Below are positions 21,206 through 31,539 of a stretch of DNA of 64,000 bases, in pieces. The position numbers and the translations under genes are program-made. The DNA is from Acidobacteriaceae bacterium (lineage in GTDB: Bacteria > Acidobacteriota > Terriglobia > Terriglobales > Acidobacteriaceae). Numbering within the stretch: the first letter of the stretch is position 1; every line of letters starts with the position of its first letter. The notes under the pieces were generated by a model. The model was not told the origin of the DNA and searched no databases. It worked only from the letters and a program-made list of their open reading frames with translations. The stretch is taken from NCBI GenBank assembly GCA_965199145.1, contig CBDAQH010000002.1:2146012-2210011 (forward strand). Reading direction: 5' to 3'.

Positions 21206-21443
21206 TGCGTCCCAAGTCGGTTACAGGAGCAGTCACAGTAGCGTTCTGTGCCGTGAAGCGTTAGAATAGGTAGGTTGAGCGCGTATTCCATTGCGCTTGC
21301 CTGCTGCTTTCCGCCCTATTGTTTGGAGCGGAGGATCAAGCAGGAAAGTCGCTGCGTAAGCAGATGACGATGACGAAGGGAGACCCGTTCCTCGCCTGGC
21401 AACAGGTTCAAGGGATCGGCGTCCCGGGAAAGAGAAGAGACCC

Positions 21444-21719
21444 ATGGAGAGCACCAAGGTACGGGAGCTTGGCGATGCCGAGCTGCGAGAGGAAGCGCGC
21501 AAAGCAGCGGAACAGCTGTTTCGCATCCGCTTTCAGTTGTCCCTCGGGCAAAAGGAAGGCGTCAAGCGCCTGCAGATTCTGCGCAAGGACATTGCCCGCT
21601 TTAAGACCATTGAGCGGGAGCGCTCGCTCGGTATTCGCGGCGCCGCAGCTATCGCCGCCGTAGCGGCACCAGAAAAGAAGGGGCGCAAGAGCAAGACCGG
21701 CGCCGGGGAAGCGAGCTAA
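21444..21719 (+). CDS. rpmC: 50S ribosomal protein L29 with C-terminal extension
   Basis: 91 aa (KVRELGDAELREEARKAAEQLFRIRFQLSLGQ). Confidence 0.9.
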   Translation: MESTKVRELGDAELREEARKAAEQLFRIRFQLSLGQKEGVKRLQILRKDIARFKTIERERSLGIRGAAAIAAVAAPEKKGRKSKTGAGEAS

Positions 21720-21722
21720 CGC

Positions 21723-22082
21723 ATGGCAGAGTCAACAGAAACACAGGCAGGCCAGGTTCCATCACAGGCCGGCACGCAGACTGAGTCGCGCCGGAACGAA
21801 AAAGTAGGCGCCGTCGTCTCGACCAAGATGGAGAAGACCATCGTCGTCAAGGTAGAGATGGCCAAGGCTCATCCCAAGTACAAGCGTGTCATGCGGACCA
21901 GCAAGAAGTTCTACGCGCATGACGAGCAGAACTCCGCACGCGTCGGCGATGTGGTTCGGATCCGTGAGACCCGTCCCTTGAGCAAGCTCAAGCGCTGGCA
22001 GCTCGAAGAGATCGTTCGTCGCTCCGCGCTCGCGCAGGCTGAGGAAGCCGCACGCGTCAGCCAGGTCGCCGCAGCGAAGTAG
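21723..22082 (+). CDS. rpsQ: 30S ribosomal protein S17 with N-terminal extension
   Basis: 119 aa. Core [19 protein letters not shown]...[27 protein letters not shown]. Confidence 0.92.
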   Translation: MAESTETQAGQVPSQAGTQTESRRNEKVGAVVSTKMEKTIVVKVEMAKAHPKYKRVMRTSKKFYAHDEQNSARVGDVVRIRETRPLSKLKRWQLEEIVRRSALAQAEEAARVSQVAAAK

Positions 22083-22142
22083 CGTCCCGTATCACCGAAC
22101 ACGCAAGTCGCGGCCGCCCCACGGTAGCCGGAGGAGAGCAGC

Positions 22143-22514
22143 ATGGCAGTCCAGATGAGAACGATGCTCGAGGTCGCGGATAACTCCGGCGCGCGCAAGC
22201 TCCAGGTGATCCTTCCCTTGGGCGGCGGCACCGGCAAAATCGCCTCACTCGGCGATGTCGTTACTGCAGCCGTTAAGGAGAGTTCGCCCGACGGTCAGGT
22301 CAAAAAAGGCAAGGTCGTCAAGGCCGTCATCGTGCGTACCCGCAAGGAAGTCCGCCGCAAGGATGGCACCTACATCCGCTTTGACTCCAATGCCGGCGTG
22401 CTGATCAATGATGCAGGCGAGCCGGTCGGTACCCGTGTCTTCGGCCCGGTTGCGCGTGAACTGCGCGACAAGAAGTTTCTCAAGATCGTTTCACTCGCGC
22501 CCGAAGTCATCTAG
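22143..22514 (+). CDS. rplN: 50S ribosomal protein L14
   Basis: 123 aa ([19 protein letters not shown]...). GGAGGAG lies upstream. Confidence 0.95.
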   Translation: MAVQMRTMLEVADNSGARKLQVILPLGGGTGKIASLGDVVTAAVKESSPDGQVKKGKVVKAVIVRTRKEVRRKDGTYIRFDSNAGVLINDAGEPVGTRVFGPVARELRDKKFLKIVSLAPEVI

Positions 22515-22603
22515 TTTGATCGTTTGATTGTCGCTCCGGCCGGTTGCCGGGCAGTTTCGTGCCGCATTGCCTTCGGCAGCGCGGTTCAAGAGGAGTAAGC
22601 ACC

Positions 22604-22951
22604 ATGGCAGCATTGAAGATTCAGCGCGGCGATACAGTCGAGGTGATCACCGGCTCTGAGAAGGATCGCGGACGGCAGGGCCGCGTCCTGCGCGTCTTCC
22701 CTGATACCCACAAGATTCTGGTTCAGGGGATCCGGGTCATCAAGAAGAACGTCAAGCCCAATCCGCAGCGCAACATCAAGGGTGGCGTGGCCGAGCAGGA
22801 AGCTCCGCTTCAAGTCTCGAACGTCATGCTCGTCTGCCCAGATTGCGGGCCCAGCCGCGTCGGCTTCCGCTTTGAAGGCGAAGGCGAGCAGCGGACGAAG
22901 GTACGAGTCTGCCGCAAGTGCGACAAGGTTCTGCCCGCGAAAAAGAAGTAA
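22604..22951 (+). CDS. rplX: 50S ribosomal protein L24
   Basis: Track ORF trimmed to ATG 22604 (MAALKIQRGDTVEVITGSEKDRGRQGRVL), with AGGAG upstream. Confidence 0.92.
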   Translation: MAALKIQRGDTVEVITGSEKDRGRQGRVLRVFPDTHKILVQGIRVIKKNVKPNPQRNIKGGVAEQEAPLQVSNVMLVCPDCGPSRVGFRFEGEGEQRTKVRVCRKCDKVLPAKKK

Positions 22952-23059
22952 ATACCGAGCGGCAAACGCCGACGAACAAGGCTCCGCAACGGTACACGGC
23001 CGGCTTCCCAGCGGCTACTCCGAGACCGGAAAACCGCAGAGACAGAAAAGAGAGAATCG

Positions 23060-23608
23060 ATGGCATCCCGCCTCAAAGAGAAGTACCTATCCGAGATCAA
23101 GCCTGCACTCCAAAAGGAGTTGGGCCTTGAGAACACGATGGCCGTGCCCCGCATCGAGAAGATCGTGCTGAACATGGGTCTTGGCGAGGCGACGCAGAAC
23201 TCCAAGCTGCTTGATCCGCTTGTCGCCGACCTTGCCTCGATCGCCGGGCAGAAGCCCGTCACCACCCGCGCCAAGAAGTCCATCGCGGCCTTCAAAGTGC
23301 GCGAAGGCATGCCGATCGGTGCCATGGTGACGCTGCGCGGCCACGTCATGTACGAGTTTCTCGACCGCCTCATCCAGATCGGTCTGCCTCGCGTCCGCGA
23401 CTTTCGCGGCGTCTCCACCAAGAGCTTCGACGGGCGCGGCAACTACACGCTCGGCATGCGCGACCAGCTCATCTTCCCGGAGATCGACTACTCCCGCGTC
23501 GAAAAGCTCAAGGGCATGAACATAACTATTGTGACCACGGCGCCCGATGACAACCAGGCTCGCGCTCTGCTGAGGGCCTTCGGTATCCCGTTCCGAGCCG
23601 CGGCCTAA
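23060..23608 (+). CDS. rplE: 50S ribosomal protein L5
   Basis: 182 aa ([17 protein letters not shown]...[10 protein letters not shown]). Confidence 0.95.
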   Translation: MASRLKEKYLSEIKPALQKELGLENTMAVPRIEKIVLNMGLGEATQNSKLLDPLVADLASIAGQKPVTTRAKKSIAAFKVREGMPIGAMVTLRGHVMYEFLDRLIQIGLPRVRDFRGVSTKSFDGRGNYTLGMRDQLIFPEIDYSRVEKLKGMNITIVTTAPDDNQARALLRAFGIPFRAAA

Positions 23609-23639
23609 TCGAACCCGACATAGAAGAGAGGCAGACACC

Positions 23640-23825
23640 ATGAGCACTACAGCAAAGCGCGTCAAAGATGAGCGAAAGCCCAAGTTCAAGAGCCGGCAGC
23701 ACAATCGCTGCAAGCTGTGCGGGCGCCCGCGGGCCTTTCTGCGCAAGTTCGGTATTTGCCGCCTGTGCTTCCGGCAGCTCGCGCACGAAGGCCACATCCC
23801 CGGCGTCGTCAAATCCAGCTGGTAA
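23640..23825 (+). CDS. rpsN: 30S ribosomal protein S14, short zinc-binding (type Z) form
   Basis: 61 aa with [22 protein letters not shown] (CxxC...CxxC). Confidence 0.93.
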   Translation: MSTTAKRVKDERKPKFKSRQHNRCKLCGRPRAFLRKFGICRLCFRQLAHEGHIPGVVKSSW

Positions 23826-23938
23826 TGACCTGAAGCCCTAGTGGCAAAGGGTTTGTACAAAGTTTTGTAAAGACCATCTTCGCTGGTTCTCTGCCAAGGT
23901 CTACACAAGGCAGAGCGAACGGGAGATGAGGAGAACCG

Positions 23939-24337
23939 ATGAACCTGACCGACCCAGTAGCCGACTTTCTTACCCGCATCCGTAATTCCATCCGCGCACG
24001 CCACCAGAAGCTGGATGTGCCGGCCTCCAAGCTCAAGGCCGAGATCGCCCGCATCCTCAAGGAAGAGGGCTACATCGCTAACTACAAGGCGACCGAAGAA
24101 AACGGTCACCAGGTGCTGCGGGTCTACCTCAAATATGGGGTCAATAACGAGGCTGCCATCCGCGATCTGCACCGCGTCTCGCGTCCCGGCTGCCGTGTCT
24201 ATATCGGCCGTGACGAGATCAAGCGTGTTCAGGGCGGGCTCGGCATCTCCATCCTGACCACACCGCGCGGCGTCATGACGGGTCGCCAGGCCCGGCGCGA
24301 AGGCGTCGGCGGCGAGTTTCTCTGCGAAGTCTGGTAA
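23939..24337 (+). CDS. rpsH: 30S ribosomal protein S8
   Basis: 132 aa (MNLTDPVADFLTRIRNS...). Confidence 0.95.
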   Translation: MNLTDPVADFLTRIRNSIRARHQKLDVPASKLKAEIARILKEEGYIANYKATEENGHQVLRVYLKYGVNNEAAIRDLHRVSRPGCRVYIGRDEIKRVQGGLGISILTTPRGVMTGRQARREGVGGEFLCEVW

Positions 24338-24518
24338 CGCTCGCCGGATAGACGATGCGCGTACCGCGCGTCCGCTACCCTGGCCAGCTCTTTTGATCGA
24401 ACGCAGCTTCGGCTGCAGGTAAAACAAGTTGCAAGGCGGACGAAAGCTCGCCGGCTGCAGTGGAACGTGGAGCCACTCGCTCTGCGAGACTCGCAAGCCA
24501 CTTTAAGGACAGAGATCG

Positions 24519-25058
24519 ATGTCACGTATCGGCAGACAGCCCATCCCACTCCCCGCCGGAGTCAAGTACACGGTGGAAGGCAATACCCTGCGCGTTGAAG
24601 GCCCCAAGGGCAAGGTGACGCAGCCCATCCCGGCCGGCATCCGGCTCGTTACGCGTGAGAACTTCATCCACGCCGAGCGTGATAATGACTCACAGGCCGC
24701 AATCCACGGTCTGACGCGCGCACTGGTCTTCAACGCCGTCGAGGGCGTCACCAAGGGCTGGACCAAGGAGCTCGACATTGTTGGCATCGGCTACCGTGTG
24801 GAGCTTAAGGGTGCCGCCCTGGTCGTTTTCACCCTCGGCTACTCGCATCCCATCGAGTTCCCGCTGCCTACCGGCATCACCGCGACGATCGACGCAAAGC
24901 AGACGCGCCTCACCATCTCCGGCATCGACCGGCAAAAGGTGGGCCAGGTCGCAGCGGATATGCGCTCCTTGCGCAAGCCGGATCCGTACAAAAACAAGGG
25001 CGTTCGCTATGTTGGCGAGAAGCTCAAGAAGAAGGCCGGCAAGACCGGTTCCAAGTAA
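24519..25058 (+). CDS. rplF: 50S ribosomal protein L6
   Basis: 179 aa ([17 protein letters not shown]...). Confidence 0.95.
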   Translation: MSRIGRQPIPLPAGVKYTVEGNTLRVEGPKGKVTQPIPAGIRLVTRENFIHAERDNDSQAAIHGLTRALVFNAVEGVTKGWTKELDIVGIGYRVELKGAALVVFTLGYSHPIEFPLPTGITATIDAKQTRLTISGIDRQKVGQVAADMRSLRKPDPYKNKGVRYVGEKLKKKAGKTGSK

Positions 25059-25106
25059 ACCGAACGGAGTCGCAGGGCGGCTCCGCCTCTAGGAAGGAAC
25101 ACACAT

Positions 25107-25463
25107 ATGATTCCCAAGCTCAAGCGCAACGAGATACGCCGCCGGGTTCACTCCCGCATCCGCCAGAAGGTGCACGGCACCGCCGCGCGACCGCGCCTCA
25201 ATGTCTACCGCTCGCTCAATCACATCTACGCGCAGGTGATCGACGATAATCAGGGCGTTACCCTCGCCTCGGCTTCGACCATCACAGCCAAGCTCGCCGT
25301 CGGGGGCAACCTCCAAGCCGCGCAGGCAGTCGGCAAGCTAGTCGCAGAGCAGGCGAAAGAGAAGGGCATCCGCAAGGTCGTGTTTGACCGCGGCGGCTAC
25401 CTGTATCACGGCCGCATCAAAGCGCTCGCCGACGCGGCGCGCGAGGCAGGGCTAGAGTTTTAA
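25107..25463 (+). CDS. rplR: 50S ribosomal protein L18
   Basis: 118 aa (...[18 protein letters not shown]...[26 protein letters not shown]). AGGAAGG lies upstream. Confidence 0.95.
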   Translation: MIPKLKRNEIRRRVHSRIRQKVHGTAARPRLNVYRSLNHIYAQVIDDNQGVTLASASTITAKLAVGGNLQAAQAVGKLVAEQAKEKGIRKVVFDRGGYLYHGRIKALADAAREAGLEF

Positions 25464-25574
25464 CTTAGACTTCGAACGTAGACTTCTAAGCGGACACAGC
25501 ACGTAAGCCGGAGCACTGCTTACGGCGGCAAAGATCGGGGTTTCCGCAAGGAGCCCGAAAGGACCAAAGCAGCT

Positions 25575-26084
25575 ATGGCAATCCTCAAAAAGAAACTGGA
25601 CGCCGGGCAGTACAACCTCAAAGACCAGGTCGTCGCCATCAACCGCGTCACCAAGGTCGTCAAGGGCGGCAAAAACATGAGCTTTGCCGCGCTCGTCGTC
25701 ATCGGTGATCCTGGCTCCGGCGTCGTCGGCTACGGTTCTGGCAAGGCCAAGGAAGTGCCCCAGGCCATCCGCAAGGGTATCGAGTCGGCCAAAAAGAACC
25801 TGGTCCGCATCAATCTCACCGAAACCACCATCCCCCACCAGGTGCTGGGGCGCTTCGGCTCCGGCCAGGTGCTGCTCAAGCCCGCGCCGGAAGGCACAGG
25901 CGTAATCGCCGGCGGTGCCGTCCGCGCCGTCATGACCTCGGCTGGCGTCCAGAATGTGCTCACCAAGAGCCTCGGCACCGCTAACCCGCACAATGTCATC
26001 AAGGCTACGTTTGACGCGCTTGTTCAGTTGCGCGACCGCGCTGAAGTCGCTGCCCTGCGTGGCAAAACTGTGGAGGAGCTCTAA
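25575..26084 (+). CDS. rpsE: 30S ribosomal protein S5
   Basis: 169 aa (...[27 protein letters not shown]...). Confidence 0.95.
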   Translation: MAILKKKLDAGQYNLKDQVVAINRVTKVVKGGKNMSFAALVVIGDPGSGVVGYGSGKAKEVPQAIRKGIESAKKNLVRINLTETTIPHQVLGRFGSGQVLLKPAPEGTGVIAGGAVRAVMTSAGVQNVLTKSLGTANPHNVIKATFDALVQLRDRAEVAALRGKTVEEL

Positions 26085-26087
26085 GCC

Positions 26088-26303
26088 ATGGCCGACACCG
26101 CAGCCACAGCCAAGCCGAAGATCCAGATCCAGTACTACCGCTCCATGATCCAGGCACCAGTTAAGCACAAGTCCGTCGTCAAGGGCCTGGGCTTTACCCG
26201 CCTCCAGCAGGTGGTCGAGCGTGAAGACACGCCGTCCATCCGCGGCATGGTCCGTAAAATCCCTCACCTCGTCCGCGTTCTGGGCGAGCCCAACTTCTAC
26301 TAG
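26088..26303 (+). CDS. rpmD: 50S ribosomal protein L30
   Basis: 71 aa (KIQIQYYRSMIQAPVKHKSVVKGLGF). It directly follows rpsE. Confidence 0.88.
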   Translation: MADTAATAKPKIQIQYYRSMIQAPVKHKSVVKGLGFTRLQQVVEREDTPSIRGMVRKIPHLVRVLGEPNFY

Positions 26304-26328
26304 GCTTTCTGCGGGCTTTTCAGACACC

Positions 26329-26368
26329 CGGCACGAAGTGGCCGCCAGCCGCGCAGGCGGGCTGGCAC
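26329..26368 (+). repeat. family-C hairpin motif, copy in the rpmD-rplO spacer
   Basis: CGGCAC-GAA-GTGGCCG followed by the core CCGCCAGCCGCGCAGGCGG (26342-26360). This 19-nt core is identical to the one at 32281-32299. Confidence 0.6.
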
Positions 26369-26418
26369 TTGAACGAACAAGCGAGTCGATCTTAGGATCG
26401 GCGTTTAGCGAGGACACC

Positions 26419-26862
26419 ATGAATCTTTCCAATCTCCGCGCCCCTGCCAAGGCCAACCGGAATAAGAAGCGCGTCGGCCGCGGTATGGGCTCTGGGCACG
26501 GCAAAACTTCCACCCGTGGTCATAAGGGCCAGGGCTCGCGCTCCGGCTCCAGCCTCATGCGCGGTTTTGAGGGCGGCCAGATGCCCTTGCATCGCCGCCT
26601 CCCCAAGCGCGGCTTCACCAACATCTTTCGCGTCGAGTACACCGTCGTGAACCTCAGCCGTTTGGTCGAGCTCGGCGAGACCGAGCTCACCCACGAGCGG
26701 CTCCAGCAGCTCGGTTTCCTCAAGCGCCGCAATGAGCTGCTCAAGGTCCTTGGCACCGGCGATCTCTCGGGCGCACTCACCGTGCACGCACACAAGTTCT
26801 CCAAGTCCGCGCAGGAGAAGATCGAAGCCGCCGGCGGCCAGGCAATCCTGATCGCCGCCTAG
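26419..26862 (+). CDS. rplO: 50S ribosomal protein L15
   Basis: Track ORF trimmed to ATG 26419 (MNLSNLRAPAKANRNKKRVGRGMGSGHGKTSTRGHKGQ). Confidence 0.93.
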   Translation: MNLSNLRAPAKANRNKKRVGRGMGSGHGKTSTRGHKGQGSRSGSSLMRGFEGGQMPLHRRLPKRGFTNIFRVEYTVVNLSRLVELGETELTHERLQQLGFLKRRNELLKVLGTGDLSGALTVHAHKFSKSAQEKIEAAGGQAILIAA

Positions 26863-26965
26863 CAGCCTTCCATCGACGAAACAAAGCAGGCGCCCCGACA
26901 CAGGGGCGCCGCTGTATCGTAAGCAAGTACCCGTCTTCCCATCAGCTTCCGAGAAGAGCCGCCGC

Positions 26966-28360
26966 ATGCTTGAGAAGTTCCTCAACATCTTCCGCATCCC
27001 CGAACTGCGCAACCGCGTCCTGTTCACTTTCGCCATGCTCGCCGTCTACCGCCTGGGTGGCCACATCCCCACGCCTGGCATCGATGCCAAAGCTTTGAGC
27101 AGCTTCTTCAACTCCCAAAGCGGCTCCCCGCTCGGCCTGGTCGACCTCTTCAACGGCGGCAACATCCGCCGCATGACCGTCTTCGCCCTGGGCATCATGC
27201 CTTACATCACGGCGTCGATCATCTTCCAGCTGCTCACCGTTGTGTATGAGCCGCTCGCGCGCCTCCAGAAGGAAGGCGAAGTCGGCCGCCGCAAGATCAC
27301 GCAGTGGACTCGCTACGTCACCGTGGTGCTCGCGCTCGTGCAGTCCGGCTTCATCGCAGGCGCGCTCTCGCATGGTTCCGGCGGCGTTTCGCTCGTGCTT
27401 CATCCCGGTGCCGGCTTCGTTCTACTCACTATGATGACCCTCACCACCGGCTCGGCCTTCATCATGTGGCTCGGCGAGCAGATCACCGACCGCGGCATCG
27501 GCAATGGTATGAGCTTGCTCATCTTCTCCGGTATCGTCGCCGGTCTGCCTCGCGGCATTGCGGAGCTCTATGAGACCGCGCGCGGTGAGAAGTTCGGCGC
27601 CTTTACGGTCCCGGCCTTGGTCCTGCTGGTCATTGCTATGGCGCTGCTGGTCGCCTTTATCGTCTTTGTCGAGCGCTCAGAGCGCCGTGTACCCGTCCAG
27701 TACGCCAAGCGCATTGTGGGCCGCCGCATGATGGGCGGCCAGTCCACCCATCTGCCTCTCAAGGTCAACTCAGGCGGCGTCATGCCCGTTATCTTTGCCG
27801 CCTCTGTGCTCTCAGCGCCCCTGCTCTTCAGTCAGGCTCAGTTCGTCAAGAACTCCGCCGTCCTTACTCGCATCTTTGATTCGCTCCGCGCCGGCGAGCC
27901 CTGGTACGTCCTGCTCCAGGCCATCGCCATCATCTTCTTTGCCTACTTCTACATCTCCATCGTCTTCCGGCCGGACGACATTGCCGACAACATGCGGAAA
28001 TACGGCGGCTTCATCCCCGGCATCCGCCCCGGCAAGCGCACGTCGGACTACATCAACGACATCCTGACCCGACTCACGCTCGTCGGTGCCGTCTACCTCA
28101 TCCTCATCTCACTGGTCCCGACCATCCTCATCTCGGGTATCCACTTCAATCACCTGCCTTTCATCGGCGGCCTCTTTGAGCACCTGCCCCTCTGGATGAC
28201 GAACGGCCTTGGCTTCAACTTCTACTTCGGCGGCACCTCGCTGCTTATCGTCGTCGGCGTCGCCATGGACACGGTCAACCAGGTGGAGTCGCAGCTCATC
28301 ATGCGGCACTACGAGGGCTTCTCGAGCAAGAGCCGCGTCCGCGGAAGGCGGTCCTGGTAG
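26966..28360 (+). CDS. secY: preprotein translocase subunit SecY
   Basis: 464 aa, multi-TM, with GIMPYITASIIFQL and LPLKVNSGGVMPVIFA. Confidence 0.96.
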   Translation: MLEKFLNIFRIPELRNRVLFTFAMLAVYRLGGHIPTPGIDAKALSSFFNSQSGSPLGLVDLFNGGNIRRMTVFALGIMPYITASIIFQLLTVVYEPLARLQKEGEVGRRKITQWTRYVTVVLALVQSGFIAGALSHGSGGVSLVLHPGAGFVLLTMMTLTTGSAFIMWLGEQITDRGIGNGMSLLIFSGIVAGLPRGIAELYETARGEKFGAFTVPALVLLVIAMALLVAFIVFVERSERRVPVQYAKRIVGRRMMGGQSTHLPLKVNSGGVMPVIFAASVLSAPLLFSQAQFVKNSAVLTRIFDSLRAGEPWYVLLQAIAIIFFAYFYISIVFRPDDIADNMRKYGGFIPGIRPGKRTSDYINDILTRLTLVGAVYLILISLVPTILISGIHFNHLPFIGGLFEHLPLWMTNGLGFNFYFGGTSLLIVVGVAMDTVNQVESQLIMRHYEGFSSKSRVRGRRSW

Positions 28361-29110
28361 TTGTCGTCCCAGGCATTTCTTCCCGGCCCCCTCCTGCTCA
28401 TGGGTGCCCCCGGCGTTGGCAAAGGCACTCAGGCCAAGGAGCTCGTCACCCGCTGGGCGATCCCGCAGATCTCCACCGGTGATCTGCTCCGTGCCAACGT
28501 CGCCGCCGCAACCGACGCCGGGCGGCACGCGAAGCAGCTCATGGATGCGGGCATCCTCGTTCCCGACCCGCTCGTCAATCATATGGTCGCCGAGCGGCTC
28601 ATGCATCCCGATACAGCCCGCGGCTACATTCTTGACGGCTTCCCACGTACCCTGGCGCAGGCCGAGTGGCTCGATGGCAAGCTCGACAAAACGCCCGCGC
28701 CTTCTGCAAAGGGGACGGCAGCCTCAACCCCTGCCCTGCCCCTGGTTGCTGTGTCGATTCGCGTCGAGTATACTCAGTTACTGCGCAGAATCACGGGCCG
28801 ACGTATCTGCCCGCAGTGCGGCAGTATCTACAACATCTACCTGCAGCCGCCGTCGCGGGAAGGCCTCTGCGACCTGGATGGCACCCCCTTGCAGCGCCGG
28901 GATGATGACTCGGAAGCAGTGTTCGAGGGGCGCATGCGTGCCTACTCTGCGCAAACGGCGCCTGTGGTCGATCACTACCGCGCCCTCGGGCGTCTGGTAG
29001 AGGTTGATGGCGAAGGTCCCTTGGACGCTGTCAGCACGCGAGTCGAAGCAGCCGTCCAGCAGCTGAGAAGCAGCACGAACGGGAAGAAGGAAGACGCAGC
29101 ATGGCAGTGA
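28361..29110 (+). CDS. adk: adenylate kinase (zinc-lid type, with an internal low-complexity insert)
   Basis: TTG start abuts the secY stop. P-loop GAPGVGKGTQ. Lid CPQC...CDLD. The insert KTPAPSAKGTAASTPALP brings it to 249 aa. Confidence 0.9.
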   Translation: MSSQAFLPGPLLLMGAPGVGKGTQAKELVTRWAIPQISTGDLLRANVAAATDAGRHAKQLMDAGILVPDPLVNHMVAERLMHPDTARGYILDGFPRTLAQAEWLDGKLDKTPAPSAKGTAASTPALPLVAVSIRVEYTQLLRRITGRRICPQCGSIYNIYLQPPSREGLCDLDGTPLQRRDDDSEAVFEGRMRAYSAQTAPVVDHYRALGRLVEVDGEGPLDAVSTRVEAAVQQLRSSTNGKKEDAAWQ

Positions 29111-29853
29111 TGCTCAAAACCGGCAAGGAGATCGCGCAGATGCGGCGCGCCGGCGAGGTTGTGCGTGCCCTGCTTGATGCTGTGCGTCCCCATGTTCGGG
29201 CTGGCGCTACCACCATGGACCTCGAAGAAGTAGCGGTTGCCAAGGTGCGCGAGCTACGCGTCACCCCCGCCTTCCAGGGCTATCACGGCTACCCCTGTGT
29301 GCTTTGCACCAGTGTCAACCAGGAAGTCGTCCACGGGATTCCTTCGCGCAAGAAGGTGCTGCGCGACGGCGACATCGTTTCGATCGACACCGGCGTCGTC
29401 ATCGATGGGTTCTACGGCGACTCTGCCACCACCATCGCTGTAGGTGAAAAGCTTGATGAGCGTGCCCTGCGTCTCCTGGCCGCCACTGAGGCTTCGCTTG
29501 CCGCCGGCATCGACGCCGTCGCTGAAGGCGCGACCTTTGGCGATATCGGCGCGGCCGTGCAGCAGAGGGTCGAGCGCGAAGGCTTCAGCGTGGTACGTGA
29601 GTTTGTTGGGCATGGGATCGGCACGCATCTCCATGAGGATCCGCAGGTGCCCAATTACGGCCAGCGGGGCCGCGGCATGAAAATGCGTGAGGGTATGGTC
29701 TTCTGCATCGAGCCGATGGTCAACATCGGCAAGCCCGCCGTTCAGGTGCTTGAAGACGGCTGGACAGCCGTCACGGTGGACGGCAGCCTCAGTGCTCACT
29801 TTGAGCACACCGTGGCTGTCACGGCAAACGGAGTCGAGGTACTGACCCGCTAA
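29101..29853 (+). CDS. map: type I methionine aminopeptidase
   Basis: 250 aa with VVHGIP, DTGVVIDGFYGD, GHGIG and EHT motifs. Overlaps adk by 10 nt. Confidence 0.93.
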   Translation: MAVMLKTGKEIAQMRRAGEVVRALLDAVRPHVRAGATTMDLEEVAVAKVRELRVTPAFQGYHGYPCVLCTSVNQEVVHGIPSRKKVLRDGDIVSIDTGVVIDGFYGDSATTIAVGEKLDERALRLLAATEASLAAGIDAVAEGATFGDIGAAVQQRVEREGFSVVREFVGHGIGTHLHEDPQVPNYGQRGRGMKMREGMVFCIEPMVNIGKPAVQVLEDGWTAVTVDGSLSAHFEHTVAVTANGVEVLTR

Positions 29854-29961
29854 AAAGCGGGACAGCGGTAAGGGTCCGGCACAGGGCTCGAGAGCGCAGA
29901 CGGGAAACACAGCTTCGCCCAGCTTCTTCCAAAAGCCTGTGCGAAGCGGAATTGGAGTCGG

Positions 29962-30180
29962 GTGTCCAAGGAAGACGCAATAGAAGTAATGGCAACGGTC
30001 GTCGAGACCCTGCCAAACGCGATGTTTAAAGTGGAGCTCGAAAACAAGCACCAGGTGCTTGCGCATGTTTCCGGGCGTATGCGGAAGAACTTCATCCGCA
30101 TCCTCCCCGGCGACCGGGTCGCCGTGGAGCTCAGCCCGTACGATCTGACCCGTGGCCGGATCGTGTACCGCTACAAATAG
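29962..30180 (+). CDS. infA: translation initiation factor IF-1
   Basis: GTG start, 72 aa ([37 protein letters not shown]). Confidence 0.95.
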   Translation: MSKEDAIEVMATVVETLPNAMFKVELENKHQVLAHVSGRMRKNFIRILPGDRVAVELSPYDLTRGRIVYRYK

Positions 30181-30263
30181 ATCGAGTCAGGTCTCCGTCC
30201 GCACAGCTGCTCGCAAAAGCCTGCTGCCTTCCGGAACCTGTACCCTGAGAGAAGGAGTTTTCC

Positions 30264-30377
30264 GTGAAGGTTCGTGCGTCCGTTAAAAAGATCTGTGACA
30301 AATGCAAGGTGATCCATCGCCGCGGTGTGGTGCGGGTCATATGCGAAGTCGCCAAGCATAAGCAGCGCCAGGGCTAA
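30264..30377 (+). CDS. rpmJ: 50S ribosomal protein L36 (zinc-binding form)
   Basis: Below the track cut-off. Hand translation from GTG 30264 gives [37 protein letters not shown], with TAA at 30375-30377. GAAGGAG lies 6 nt upstream. Confidence 0.9.
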   Translation: MKVRASVKKICDKCKVIHRRGVVRVICEVAKHKQRQG

Positions 30378-30562
30378 GCTCTCGCCCGTTATCGCCCGGT
30401 TTCATAGCCGGCGAAGCAACAGCAGGAACAGAGGCGAGTTCGCTCAGCACCACCAGAGCGTGCGATGAACCTCCCTTCCGCTCCACCTGCCGGGCCCACG
30501 CGCCCGGCCTCAACCGCCCAGACGGAGCAGCTCCGAGTCGAGGCACACGCAAAGAGGCAAGC

Positions 30563-30943
30563 ATGGCACGTATCGCCGGTGTGGATCTGCCCAACAACAA
30601 GCAGGCACGGATCGCACTCACCTACATCTACGGCATCGGGGACCCGCGCGCGCTGCGCATCCTCACCAAGGCCGACATCGATCCCTTCCGCAAGCTCGCC
30701 ACCCTGAGTGAGGAAGAGGTCAACCGCATCCGTCAGGTCATCGAGCAGGAAGGCCAGATCGAGGGTGACCTGCGCAAAGATGTTTCGATGAACATCAAGC
30801 GCCTTATCGACATCCAGAGCTATCGCGGCCTGCGCCACCGCCGCAACCTGCCTGTCCGCGGGCAGCGCTCGCACACCAATGCACGCACCCGCAAGGGCCC
30901 GCGTAAGGGCACCGTAGCCGGTAAGAAGAAGGTGACCAAGTAA
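30563..30943 (+). CDS. rpsM: 30S ribosomal protein S13
   Basis: 126 aa ([26 protein letters not shown]). Confidence 0.95.
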   Translation: MARIAGVDLPNNKQARIALTYIYGIGDPRALRILTKADIDPFRKLATLSEEEVNRIRQVIEQEGQIEGDLRKDVSMNIKRLIDIQSYRGLRHRRNLPVRGQRSHTNARTRKGPRKGTVAGKKKVTK

Positions 30944-31368
30944 TGGCGAAGGCACAGGGCAATAAGGGCACCGCGGCAAAGTCTGCCAAGAATAAGAAGT
31001 TCAAAAAGCGCGAACGCAAAAACGTTCCCTACGGGCTGGTCCACATCCAGGCGACCTTCAACAACACCATCGTGACCATCACCGACGGCCAGGGCAACAC
31101 ACTCTCCTGGAAGTCCTCCGGCTCGCTCGGCTTCCGCGGCTCCCGCAAGGGCACCCCTTTTGCCGCGCAGCAGGCCGCACAAAATGCCGCCAACCAGGCC
31201 CGCGACCATGGTCTCCGCTCCGTTGACGTACGCGTCTCCGGCCCTGGCTCCGGCCGTGAGTCCGCGGTCCGCGCACTCGCCGCGGCCGGCATTGACGTCC
31301 GCTCCATCCGTGACGTCACGCCGATCCCGCATAACGGCTGCCGCCCACCCAAGCGTCGCCGCGTCTAA
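30943..31368 (+). CDS. rpsK: 30S ribosomal protein S11
   Basis: 141 aa (...[16 protein letters not shown]...). Its ATG overlaps the rpsM TAA by 1 nt. Confidence 0.95.
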   Translation: MAKAQGNKGTAAKSAKNKKFKKRERKNVPYGLVHIQATFNNTIVTITDGQGNTLSWKSSGSLGFRGSRKGTPFAAQQAAQNAANQARDHGLRSVDVRVSGPGSGRESAVRALAAAGIDVRSIRDVTPIPHNGCRPPKRRRV

Positions 31369-31393
31369 CCGCCTGAGCTACCTGCGTATACAC

Positions 31394-31445
31394 GCTGGCC
31401 GCCACGCAAGTGGCCGCCAGCTGCGCAGGCAGCTTCAATGTTTTT
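31394..31445 (+). repeat. family-C hairpin motif, copy in the rpsK-rpsD spacer (terminator-like)
   Basis: CTGGCCGCCAC-GCAA-GTGGCCGCCAG (10 of 11 pairs). Then core CCGCCAGCTGCGCAGGC, containing AGCTGC-GCAG-GCAGCT. A T5 run is at 31440-31444. Confidence 0.55.
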
Positions 31446-31539
31446 CAAACAAGGATCGGGACGAAACGCCCTCCGCTGCAACCCCCAAGTTCCCGCGGCG
31501 CGTAAACCGATCGACACCTGCACCTGAGGAGAGACCCAC

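Noticed and set aside
21319-21663. 114-aa plus ORF in the rplP-rpmC gap
   Set aside because: It overlaps rpmC out of frame and has no RBS. The rpmC frame is clearly the real one.
23087-24496. 469-aa minus-strand ORF
   Set aside because: It runs antisense to rplE-rpsN-rpsH, whose products are textbook r-proteins. Its translation is Arg/Ala/Gly-rich low complexity. It is a typical high-GC antisense artefact.
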